Shown here piece by piece: positions 47,285 through 56,136 of a stretch of 64,000 nt of DNA. Positions within the stretch are counted from its first letter, which is position 1; each line of letters starts with the position of its first letter. Both the position numbers and the translations under genes were made by a program. Source of the stretch: Terriglobia bacterium (lineage in GTDB: Bacteria > Acidobacteriota > Terriglobia > Acidiferrales > UBA7541); assembly GCA_020072805.1 (NCBI GenBank), contig JAIQGC010000001.1:373-64372 (forward strand). The letters are read 5' to 3'. The notes under the pieces were generated by a model that was not told where the DNA came from, searched no databases, and was given only the letters and a program-made list of their open reading frames with translations.

Positions 47285-49405
47285 TTAGGCCGATGCGGAC
47301 AGGGCCTGATAGTCGGCGAACGTTTTGCCCTGTTCGGCGAGGCGCCGCAGCAGGGGAGCGGGCTCCCAGAGTTCGCCATGCAGGCGATGGAATTCGCAGA
47401 TGCGCTCGTAGACTTTTTTCAGGCCGGCCAGATCGGCATGGAACATGGGGCCGCCGCGCCACGCGGGGAAGCCGTAGCCATTCAGGAAAATGATGTCAAT
47501 GTCCACGGGGCGGAGGGCGAAGCCTTCCTCGAGAATGCGCGCGCCTTCGTTGATCAGCGCATAGATGCAGCGTTCGACGATTTCCTCCGGGGCGACGGAG
47601 CGCTGAGGGATGTTGGCCGCGGCGGACCATTCGCGGATGAGGCGGGCGACTTCGGGGTCGGGAGTGGCGCGGCGGTTTTCGTCGTACTTGTACCATCCCG
47701 CGCCGGTCTTCTGCCCGAAGCGGCCCAGTTCGCACAGGCGGTCGGCGGCGAGCGGCTGGCGGACGCCGGGCTTTTCCAGGTGGCGGGACTCCTTGCGAAT
47801 GCGCCAGCCCACGTCGAGGCCGGCGAGGTCGCCAACGGCCAGGGGGCCCATGGCCATGCCGAACGCGGTGATGGCGTTGTCCACGGCCTCGACGGCGGCG
47901 CCTTCTTCGACGAGGAACATGGCCTGGCGGTTGTAGGCGTGATACATGCGGTTGCCCACGAAGCCGCGGCAGTTGCCCACCAGCACCGCGATCTTCCCGA
48001 TTTTGTTCGCCAGCTGCATGCAGGTGGCGATGACGTCCTTGCCGGTGGCTTTTCCGCGGACGATTTCGATGAGGCGCATGACGTTGGCGGGGCTGAAGAA
48101 ATGCGTGCCGATGACGGACTGAGGGCGCGAGGTGGCGGAAGCGATTTCGTCGATGTTAAGGGAGGAAGTGTTGGAAGCCAGGATCGCGCCGGGTTTGCAG
48201 ATCTTGTCGAGGTCGCCAAAGATCTGCTTCTTAAGGTCCATGCTTTCGAAAGCGGCTTCGATGATCAGATCGGCGGCGGCGAAGCCGTCGTAGGAAAGCA
48301 CCGGCTGGATCAGTTGCAGGCGCTCGTCCACGAACTGCTGGGTGAAACGGCCGCGCTGGACCGACCCGGCGTAATTCTTGCGAATGGCGGCGAGTCCGCG
48401 GTCGAGCGCGGCCTGGTCGGTTTCTTTCAGCAGCACGGAAAAGCCGGCGTTGGCGAAGACCATGGCGATTCCGCCGCCCATGGTACCGGCGCCGATGACG
48501 GCGACGCGGTTGACGGGAAGGAGCGGGGTATCGGCGGGAACATCGGGAATCTTGGCCACTTCGCGCTCGCCGAAGAAAACGTGGATGAGGGCTTTGGACT
48601 GGTCGGAAAAAAGGCATTCATTGAAGAGTTTCTGCTCGGCCTGGCAGCCTTCCTCGAAGGGAAGACGCGTGGCGGCTTCGATAGAATCAATGGCGGCGAG
48701 GGGAGCCATCATGCCGCGGAATTTCTTGCGGGCGCTCTCGCGGGCGGAGGCGAAGAGCGGAGCATTGGATTCCGCCGTGCCCAGTTTTTCGATGCGCTCG
48801 CGCGTTTTGGGCGCGGGCTTTGCGGCGACTTCGCGGGCGAAAGCGACGGCCCCGGCCAGCAGGTCGCCTTCGATGAGACGGTCGAGAATGCCGCACTCGA
48901 GCGCTTCCTGCGCGGGAATGGGAGCGCCTTCGACGCACATCTGGATGGCTTTGGCCACGCCGGCGAGGCGCGGGAGCCTCTGCGTTCCGGCGGCGCCGGG
49001 AATGATGCCCAGTTTGACCTCGGGCTGGCCCACCTTCGCTCCGGGAACCGCGACGCGGTAATGGCCGGACATGGCCAGTTCCAGCCCGCCGCCCAGCGCG
49101 TTGCCGTGAATCGCCATCACCACGGGCTTGCGGCAATTTTCAATCTTCAGCAGCAGCGGCAGCGTCCCAGGCCGTTTCTTTTCGCCCGAGCGGTACTTGG
49201 CGAATTCGCGGATGTCCGCGCCGGCCACGAAGGTGCGGCCCGCGCCGATGACCACGGCGGCGCGGATGGACGCGTCATTTTCCAGTTTCTCGATGAAGCC
49301 GGCGAGGGCTTCGGGAACGCCGGGACCGAGGACGTTTACGGGGGGATTGTCGATGGTGATGACGGCGACGTCGTTCTCTTTGGAAAAACGGACCAGCTCG
49401 CTCAT
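47285..49405 (-). CDS. Bifunctional enoyl-CoA hydratase / 3-hydroxyacyl-CoA dehydrogenase
   Basis: GADIREF, GGGLELA, PEVKLG, GAGTMGGG, HFFSPAN and GFVGNR. Start moved to MSELVRF. Confidence 0.93.
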   Translation of the reverse strand: MSELVRFSKENDVAVITIDNPPVNVLGPGVPEALAGFIEKLENDASIRAAVVIGAGRTFVAGADIREFAKYRSGEKKRPGTLPLLLKIENCRKPVVMAIHGNALGGGLELAMSGHYRVAVPGAKVGQPEVKLGIIPGAAGTQRLPRLAGVAKAIQMCVEGAPIPAQEALECGILDRLIEGDLLAGAVAFAREVAAKPAPKTRERIEKLGTAESNAPLFASARESARKKFRGMMAPLAAIDSIEAATRLPFEEGCQAEQKLFNECLFSDQSKALIHVFFGEREVAKIPDVPADTPLLPVNRVAVIGAGTMGGGIAMVFANAGFSVLLKETDQAALDRGLAAIRKNYAGSVQRGRFTQQFVDERLQLIQPVLSYDGFAAADLIIEAAFESMDLKKQIFGDLDKICKPGAILASNTSSLNIDEIASATSRPQSVIGTHFFSPANVMRLIEIVRGKATGKDVIATCMQLANKIGKIAVLVGNCRGFVGNRMYHAYNRQAMFLVEEGAAVEAVDNAITAFGMAMGPLAVGDLAGLDVGWRIRKESRHLEKPGVRQPLAADRLCELGRFGQKTGAGWYKYDENRRATPDPEVARLIREWSAAANIPQRSVAPEEIVERCIYALINEGARILEEGFALRPVDIDIIFLNGYGFPAWRGGPMFHADLAGLKKVYERICEFHRLHGELWEPAPLLRRLAEQGKTFADYQALSASA

Positions 49406-49440
49406 GTGGGTTACCCTTTCCGGGAAATCGCCATAAAAAT

Positions 49441-50544
49441 TTATACGCCCGCGGGCGGAACTGCAACCGTGTCCACGGCCATGCGGGCGAGGCGCTCGCG
49501 GTGCCAGGAGGCATCGCCCAGGGTGGTTTCGCAGGCCTTGGCGCGGCGGTAATAGAGGTGCAGGTCGTTTTCCCAGGTGAAGCCCATGCCGCCGTGAATC
49601 TGGATGCCGCGATTGCCGACAGTGCGGCAGGCGTCGCTGGCATACAGTTTGGCGATGGAGACGGCGGCTGCGGCGTCCGGCGCATTTTCCTGCAGGGCCC
49701 AGGCAGCGTAGTAAGCCGCGGAGCGGGAGCTTTCGGTTTCCAGGAGCATGTCGGCGCAAAGGTTCTGCACGGACTGGAAGGAGCCGATGATCTTGCCGAA
49801 CTGCTTGCGCGTCTTGGCGTATTGCACGGCGGATTCCAGGGTGCGCTGCATGCCCCCGGTCATCTCCGCGGCCAGCGCGGCCGTTGCGCAGTCAAGCCCG
49901 CGGGCGATATTTTCGGGGCGAGCGAGTTTTTCGGCGGGGGTATTGGCGAAAGTTACCGCATATACCTTGCGCGTAAGGTCCATGGACAGCATGGGAGTGA
50001 TGCTCATGCCCGGGGCGCCGGCTTCGACGACAAAGACGGAATTGCGGGCAACGACAAGGATGGTGGAAGCGGCGGCGGTGTCCGGGACAAAAAGTTTTTC
50101 GCCGGTAATGCGGCCGTTTTCGGCGGCGATGCGGGACTCGGCCGGATTCCAGGCGGATTCGGATTCGTAGAGGGCGACGGTCGAGCGGGCCTGCCCGCGG
50201 CAAATGGGCGCGAGATATTTTTTCTTTTGCGCATCGGAGGCCGTGGCGTCGAGCAGAGCGCCGGCGAGAGCCACGGTCGAGAAGAAGGGGCCGGGGACAA
50301 GTGCGCGGCCGGCTTCTTCGAGAATGAGCGCGAGTTCCACCAGACCAAGGCCCGCGCCATCATGCTCTTCGGAGAAACAGATGCCGGTGTAGCCCTGTTC
50401 GGCCATTTTCGCCCACAGGGCGGTGTCGTGGGCGGAATCGGTATCCGCGAGGCGGCGCACTTCCGTCATGGGGCAATGGGTGGAGAAGAATTTGCGGGCG
50501 TTGTCCTTGAGACTCTGCTGGCTGTCGCTCAAGCCGAAGTCCAT
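49441..50544 (-). CDS. Acyl-CoA dehydrogenase-like subunit (probably the partner chain of a heteromeric ACAD)
   Basis: RKQFGKIIGSFQ and IQIHGGMGFTWE. Lacks the C-terminal GTxEIQR motif. Confidence 0.85.
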   Translation of the reverse strand: MDFGLSDSQQSLKDNARKFFSTHCPMTEVRRLADTDSAHDTALWAKMAEQGYTGICFSEEHDGAGLGLVELALILEEAGRALVPGPFFSTVALAGALLDATASDAQKKKYLAPICRGQARSTVALYESESAWNPAESRIAAENGRITGEKLFVPDTAAASTILVVARNSVFVVEAGAPGMSITPMLSMDLTRKVYAVTFANTPAEKLARPENIARGLDCATAALAAEMTGGMQRTLESAVQYAKTRKQFGKIIGSFQSVQNLCADMLLETESSRSAAYYAAWALQENAPDAAAAVSIAKLYASDACRTVGNRGIQIHGGMGFTWENDLHLYYRRAKACETTLGDASWHRERLARMAVDTVAVPPAGV

Positions 50545-50564
50545 CGGTGGTCTCCCTGGGATGC

Positions 50565-51752
50565 TCAGTAGCTGCGCGGCAGGCCGAGCACATAATGGCC
50601 GATGATGCTGCGCTGAATTTCGGAGGTGCCGGCTTCAATGGTGTTGCCGCGTGAGCGGAGATAGCCGTAGGACCAGATGCCGTGGTCAATGGCCCGGGGA
50701 TCGCCGGCCAGCAATTGTCCGGCGGGGCCAAGGATTTCCTGGGCGATCTGCTGGAGGCGCTGGTTCAGTTCGCTCCAGAAGAGTTTTTGCAGTGAGCCTT
50801 CCGGGCCGGGCACGCCCGTGGCGGAGATGCGGCTGAAGGCGCGCAACTGGTTCAGGCGCATGATTTCAACTTCCGCGTAGCACTGCGCCAGCTTCTGGCG
50901 GAGGAGCGGGTCGCGCGAGGCCGGCTGCCCGTTCTTGCGGGCGGAGTGAGAAAGCTCGATGAGGCGATCGATGCTGCGCTTGAAGAGCAGATAGAGGCGC
51001 GCGCCGTAGGAGCCGCGTTCGTGCATGAGGGTGCTGACGGCCACGTTCCAGCCGTCATTGACCTGGCCGAGGACGTTTTCCGCGGGGACGCGCACGTTGG
51101 TGAAGAAGATTTCGCTGAATTCGCTCTCTCCGGTCATCTGGCGGAGGCGGCGAACTTCGATGCCGGGAGATTTCATGTTGACGAGCAGCACGGTCAGTCC
51201 CTTGTGTTTGGGAGCCTGGGGGTCGGTGCGCACCACCAGTTCGCACCAGTCGGCCAGCCAGGCGTAGCTGGTCCACACTTTTTGTCCGTTGACAATGTAA
51301 TCGGGGCCGTCGAGGCGCGCTTCGGTTTTAAGACCGGCCAAGTCGGAACCGGCGTCGGGCTCGGAGAAGCCCTGGCACCAGATTTCCTCGGCGCTGAGAA
51401 TTTTGGGCAGGTAGCGCAGCTTCTGCGCGGGCGTGCCGAAAGCCACGATGGTGGGGCCGATCAGCCCGAGACCCAGGGAATTGGCCATGGGCGGCGCCCC
51501 GGCGCGCGCGAGTTCTTCCCAGAAGATGGCTTGCTCCATGAGGGTGGCGCCGCGCCCGCCGTATTCGGCGGGCCAGCAAACCGCGGCCCAGCGGGCGTCA
51601 TAGAGTTTGAGCTGCCAGGCGCGCAAGTAGGAGTAGGAGTCATCCAGGGATTTTTCGCGCCAGGCGGGCCAGTCGCTGGGGAGATTGGATTCGAGCCAGG
51701 CGCGCAATTCGTTGCGGAAGCGCAATTCGCCTTCGGTCAGTTTCAGATCCAT
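50565..51752 (-). CDS. Acyl-CoA dehydrogenase
   Basis: WCQGFSEPDAGSDLA, NGQKVWTS and TIEAGTSEIQR. Start moved to MDLKL. Confidence 0.92.
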   Translation of the reverse strand: MDLKLTEGELRFRNELRAWLESNLPSDWPAWREKSLDDSYSYLRAWQLKLYDARWAAVCWPAEYGGRGATLMEQAIFWEELARAGAPPMANSLGLGLIGPTIVAFGTPAQKLRYLPKILSAEEIWCQGFSEPDAGSDLAGLKTEARLDGPDYIVNGQKVWTSYAWLADWCELVVRTDPQAPKHKGLTVLLVNMKSPGIEVRRLRQMTGESEFSEIFFTNVRVPAENVLGQVNDGWNVAVSTLMHERGSYGARLYLLFKRSIDRLIELSHSARKNGQPASRDPLLRQKLAQCYAEVEIMRLNQLRAFSRISATGVPGPEGSLQKLFWSELNQRLQQIAQEILGPAGQLLAGDPRAIDHGIWSYGYLRSRGNTIEAGTSEIQRSIIGHYVLGLPRSY

Positions 51753-51786
51753 GCGGATCACTCCTCGCTGCGCTGCCGCAGCGGAA

Positions 51787-52557
51787 CTAAGCCAGTTGGC
51801 CGCCGTCCACCACCAGCACATGGCCGGTGACGTAATCAGAAGCGGCGGAGGCCAGAAAAACGGCGGCGCCCTTGAGATCGTGGTCATTGCCGAAGCGCCC
51901 GAGGGGAATGGACTTGAGGAAAGTATCGCGGTTGCGCTCGATGATCACCCCGGACATGTTCGTGGGAAACCATCCCGGAGCGATGGCATTGACCTGGATA
52001 TTGTGGGGAGCCCATTTGCGCGCGAGATCCCTGGTGAGCAGGATGACGCCGCCCTTGCTGGCGTGATAGGCGGTGGCGTGGACGTGGTCAGGGGGAGCGC
52101 CGGCAAGTCCCGCGACGGAAGCGATGTTGATGATTTTACCGCTGCGCTGGCCGAGCATGATTTTTCCGGCGGCCTGGGAAAAGAGGAAAGTGCCGGTCAG
52201 GTTGGTGTCGATGACCTTGTGCCACTGGTCCAGGCGCATCTCCTCGAAGGGGCCTCCCCAGGAGGTGCCGGCGTTGTTGATGAGGATGTCGATGCGCCCG
52301 AACTCGGCCAGGGTGGCGCCCACGGCCTGCTGCACGCTGTTCTGGTCCTTGACGTCGCAGGCGAGCGCCAGGGTTTTTACGCCGAGCTTTTGCAGTTCAG
52401 CGGCAGCCTCCTCGCAGCGTTCTTTCTTGCGCGCGCACAGGGCGACGCTGGCGCCCATTTCAGCCAGGCCTTCGGCCATCTGGCGGCCCAGACCGGCGGA
52501 GCCCCCGGTGATGAGCGCGGTGCGATTGCTGAGATCAAAGAGCTGTTTGACGTTCAT
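51787..52557 (-). CDS. Short-chain dehydrogenase/reductase
   Basis: TGGSAGLG, NNAG, YHASK and NAIAPG. Start moved to MNVKQLFDL. Confidence 0.92.
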   Translation of the reverse strand: MNVKQLFDLSNRTALITGGSAGLGRQMAEGLAEMGASVALCARKKERCEEAAAELQKLGVKTLALACDVKDQNSVQQAVGATLAEFGRIDILINNAGTSWGGPFEEMRLDQWHKVIDTNLTGTFLFSQAAGKIMLGQRSGKIINIASVAGLAGAPPDHVHATAYHASKGGVILLTRDLARKWAPHNIQVNAIAPGWFPTNMSGVIIERNRDTFLKSIPLGRFGNDHDLKGAAVFLASAASDYVTGHVLVVDGGQLA

Positions 52558-52637
52558 GAGTTGAATGTCCCGGGCAGAGCATATCCGAAAACGGCGGCGG
52601 TGTCCCGCAAGGGATTCCGCGCGGCTGCTCAGGCATT

Positions 52638-53750
52638 CTATCGAATCAGGCGAGAAATCGTGAAGAACTTGATTCGCTGCTGGGCTCCGGCGCCGGCCAT
52701 CGGCGAATAATAGTAGGAGAGGCTGGCCTCCAGGCGGGCCAGTTTGCCGCTGGGCACGCTGAAGGAAAAGGATTCGGTGCGGGTTTCCCTGGGTGCGATG
52801 CGCGTATCCTGGAGGACCTTGGCGGCGCGCAGGAAGGCGATATCCTCGCGCTCGATCGGGGCGCCTTTCTGGTCGGCGATGCTGCGTGTGTACGTGCGCG
52901 TCTGCTGCAGCGGGGGGCCGCCGCCGTAGGACTCCAGCCGAACATCGAGGATGAGGCGGCGCAGCGGAGATCCCGTGGGAACAAAATGGCCGGCGCCGGT
53001 GTTGGTCAGGCGCACGGTGACCTGGAGGAGATTGCCCGTGCGCTCGGAGGAGACCAGCATGCGGATGGCTTTGTTGAGTTGCTCGGGGGAGCGGCTGCCG
53101 GGCATTTGGTGGAGATTGATGCCGGGGGAGGAAGATTCCTTTACCCGCGGGTCCACGACGGCGCCGCGCACGCTGTACATGTGGCAGTTCTGGCATTCCT
53201 GTTTGTCGGCGGCGTAGGAGCTTTCCTTCCACTCGGAATAGGTGGAGAGCACGGGGAAACCGAGAGCGTTCTTATATTCGTGGCAGGAAATGCAGGCGAG
53301 GGAAGAAGTGTGCACGGCGGAGAAGACGGTGCGGTGGGCGGGGGAGGAGACGTCCTTGGTGGGGCCGCTCTTGACGTCGTTGAATTCCACGCGGGCGCGG
53401 GGATTGCCCCCGGTGGTGGTGACTTCGCGGATGGAGTGGCAATAGTCGCAGGTGATGCCTTCCCAGCTGACCTTGCGCAGCAAGGCGAGGTCGTCGGTGA
53501 GCGCAGCGGTGGGGGCGTGGCATCGCAGGCAGACCTTGCGGGCCTCTCCGCCGAAGTCCTGCTCGGCGAGCTTGAGGGTGTCCTGAAAGAGGCGGCTCTC
53601 CATGGCCGAGGCGTGCGCCGATTGCTTCCAGCCATCGAAGATGGCGCGGTGGCAATCGCCGCAAAATTCCGCGGTGCGGGGCAAATCGGCGCTTTGGGCG
53701 AAAACTCCCGCGGGAAGGAGGAGCAGGAGAACGGCGAAGACTGTGCGCAT
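52638..53750 (-). CDS. Exported pentaheme cytochrome c (c554/c552-like)
   Basis: Signal peptide and five CxxCH motifs (CGDCH, CLRCH, CDYCH, CISCH, CQNCH). C-terminal GHFVPTG...RRL beta domain. Confidence 0.88.
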   Translation of the reverse strand: MRTVFAVLLLLLPAGVFAQSADLPRTAEFCGDCHRAIFDGWKQSAHASAMESRLFQDTLKLAEQDFGGEARKVCLRCHAPTAALTDDLALLRKVSWEGITCDYCHSIREVTTTGGNPRARVEFNDVKSGPTKDVSSPAHRTVFSAVHTSSLACISCHEYKNALGFPVLSTYSEWKESSYAADKQECQNCHMYSVRGAVVDPRVKESSSPGINLHQMPGSRSPEQLNKAIRMLVSSERTGNLLQVTVRLTNTGAGHFVPTGSPLRRLILDVRLESYGGGPPLQQTRTYTRSIADQKGAPIEREDIAFLRAAKVLQDTRIAPRETRTESFSFSVPSGKLARLEASLSYYYSPMAGAGAQQRIKFFTISRLIR

Positions 53751-53885
53751 AGCTCACCTCTGGATGCAATACCGCAAGCAATAAGCGGTAAGTCAGGGGA
53801 CACCGCATACCCGTCCGCACAGTGACGAGGTGCTTCAGTCCCTTGAGGCGATCTTACTCCAACTAAGGCGCTGCGGGGCTATTCT

Positions 53886-54803
53886 TTATCGCGGGGCGAA
53901 GAGAAGTTTGCCGAAGGCCTGGGGAACATGGAAATTGGGCTCTGGTGTGTGCGTGGGCTGCCAGGAAGAGTAGAAGCGCAGCTCGCGGGGACCTTCGACG
54001 CGGAAGAAATTAACGCGCCAGGCAGCGGCGGGATCGAACTGCGATGTGAGGGAGCGCATGGGGATGGAGAGTTCGGCGGTCCAGAGTTTTTGCTCTTCGT
54101 CAATGCGGACCCGGCGAGCGAGGCCGCTGCGCAAGTCGCGCAGGCGCTCGGCACCGGGGTCCAGGTTGATGTCCAGATCAATCCAGAAGGCGTTGGGGCT
54201 GATTTCAAACTCGGCATAGCGCAGGGGGTGGCGGGGATCGGGCTGGAAAAAAACTTCAGCGACATCGCGGTCCCAGAGACGGTCGCGGCGGCCGCCGGCG
54301 GAGGCGTCGGGGAAGACAGTGAGTTCGCGATAGCGCGCGCGGAATTGCAGGTAGATAGTTGCGGAGGTCCACAGCAGGCGGACCTGTGTTTCGCGCTGCG
54401 GGTCGGCGTTCTTGCCCTGCCAGTCGGCGCAAAAGACAACGGGGTCAGCCTGTTCCCAATCCTGCGCGGAGGGGAATCCTTCGCGGTCCAACGGATTGGA
54501 CAGCGAGGCGGCAACGGCAACACCGGGTGGATGAGGAGAGCGCGGAGGAGTGTTCAGTGAAGCCCCCGTGTGACAACGGAAAGCGCCACGGCGGGGCAGA
54601 GCGCCGGGAGAACGGCCAGAAACCTGAGTGTTCTTCCTCGGGAGGATGGGCGCATCGGTTCTCGCAGTTGCGCGGGCCCCTCGAAAAGGGGCGGCGCGCT
54701 CCTCTATACTATCCTGCAGGCGCTCCGTTGCGGCAATGGAAGAGCGTAATGTCTCCGCGAACCGATTGCGCACGGGCTGGAAGGCCCGCACGCGGCGGCG
54801 CAA
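53886..54803 (-). CDS. Carbohydrate-binding family 9-like (DOMON-like) protein; the true start is probably ~54530-54560
   Basis: VRLLW, LWDRDVAEVFF, YAEFEISP, WTAELSIP, WRVNFFR and NFHVPQAFG. The N-terminal ~90 aa of the ORF look non-coding. Confidence 0.7.
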   Translation of the reverse strand: MRRRVRAFQPVRNRFAETLRSSIAATERLQDSIEERAAPFRGARATARTDAPILPRKNTQVSGRSPGALPRRGAFRCHTGASLNTPPRSPHPPGVAVAASLSNPLDREGFPSAQDWEQADPVVFCADWQGKNADPQRETQVRLLWTSATIYLQFRARYRELTVFPDASAGGRRDRLWDRDVAEVFFQPDPRHPLRYAEFEISPNAFWIDLDINLDPGAERLRDLRSGLARRVRIDEEQKLWTAELSIPMRSLTSQFDPAAAWRVNFFRVEGPRELRFYSSWQPTHTPEPNFHVPQAFGKLLFAPR

Positions 54804-54834
54804 AAGGCTGTGCTAGCATCGGAGGGTAGAGACC

Positions 54835-56115
54835 ATGAACCCGGTTTACATCGTGAGCGCGGTACGCACGCCCATCGGAAAATTCGGCGGGGCGCTGGCG
54901 GAATTGACGGCGGCGGATATGGGAGTGATTGCCGTGCGCGCGGCGATCGAGCGCGCCTTCGGGGAGATTCCGCCCGGACGTACGCCGGTGGATAAACCGT
55001 CGTGGGACGGGATACCGCCGTTTTCACGCGAGGCGGCCGCGGCAGCGCGCAAGACGCCCTATCGCGTGGATGAAGTGATCATCGGAAACGCGCGGCCCGC
55101 GGGGATCGGGCCGAACCTGGCGCGGCAGATCGCCTGGCGCGCGGGGCTGGGCGATGACGTTCCGGCTTTTACCATCAACATGGCGTGCGCCTCGGGCATG
55201 CGCGCGATTCTGCTGGGTTGGCAGCAAATTCTCCTCGGAGAAGCGGACATCGTGGTGGCGGGTGGCGCGGAATCGATGACCCAGGTGCCTTACCTGCTGG
55301 ATGCCCGCTGGGGATTCAAGATGGGCCACCAGACGCTGATGGATTCGATGTATCGCGACGGGCTGTTTTGCCGCATTGCGCGCATGATCATGGGCGAAAC
55401 CGCGGAGGTGCTGGCGCGGCAATACAAGATTTCGCGGGAGGAACAGGATGTCTACGCGCTGGAAAGCCAGCAGCGCGCGGCGCGGGCCATGCAGGAAGGG
55501 CGCTTCGGGGCGGAGCTGATACCTGTGGAGCACACCAACGCCAAGGGGAAGCAGATAAGGGTGGAGGCGGATGAGCATGTGCGCCTGGGCACGACGCTCC
55601 AGAGCCTGGCCAAGCTGCCGCCGGTGTTCGCCAAGGACGGGAGCATCAGCGCGGGAAACTCCAGCGGGATCACGGACGGAGCCGCGGCGGTGGTGCTGAC
55701 GAGCGAGAGGAAATTGCGCGAGTTGCAGGTGACGCCGCTGGCGCGGATCGTGGACGCCACGGTGGCGGCGGTGGACCCGCGGATCATGGGCATCGGGCCG
55801 GTTCCCGCGGTGGAGAAGCTGGAGAAACGCACGGGAAGAAAGCTGAACGCCTACGATGCGATCGAGTTGAACGAAGCGTTTGCCGCGCAGGTGCTGGCCT
55901 GCGACCGGGAACTGCATATCGACCGTGCGCGGCTGAACCCCAACGGGGGCGCCATCGCACTGGGACACCCCATCGGATGCACGGGAGCGCGCATTGTGAC
56001 CACGCTGGTGCACGGGCTGCGCGGCACGGCCTCGCACAATCCGGGCAAGCGCGGGCTGGCCACGCTGTGCGTATCCGGCGGACTGGGAATCGCGCTGGCG
56101 ATCGAGACTTGTTAG
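54835..56115 (+). CDS. Thiolase (acetyl-CoA C-acyltransferase)
   Basis: SAVRTPIG, NMACASG (Cys), NEAFAAQ, GHPIGCTG (His) and LCVSGG (Cys). Confidence 0.95.
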   Translation: MNPVYIVSAVRTPIGKFGGALAELTAADMGVIAVRAAIERAFGEIPPGRTPVDKPSWDGIPPFSREAAAAARKTPYRVDEVIIGNARPAGIGPNLARQIAWRAGLGDDVPAFTINMACASGMRAILLGWQQILLGEADIVVAGGAESMTQVPYLLDARWGFKMGHQTLMDSMYRDGLFCRIARMIMGETAEVLARQYKISREEQDVYALESQQRAARAMQEGRFGAELIPVEHTNAKGKQIRVEADEHVRLGTTLQSLAKLPPVFAKDGSISAGNSSGITDGAAAVVLTSERKLRELQVTPLARIVDATVAAVDPRIMGIGPVPAVEKLEKRTGRKLNAYDAIELNEAFAAQVLACDRELHIDRARLNPNGGAIALGHPIGCTGARIVTTLVHGLRGTASHNPGKRGLATLCVSGGLGIALAIETC

Positions 56116-56136
56116 TGAAGACACAGGAGACGAGCC

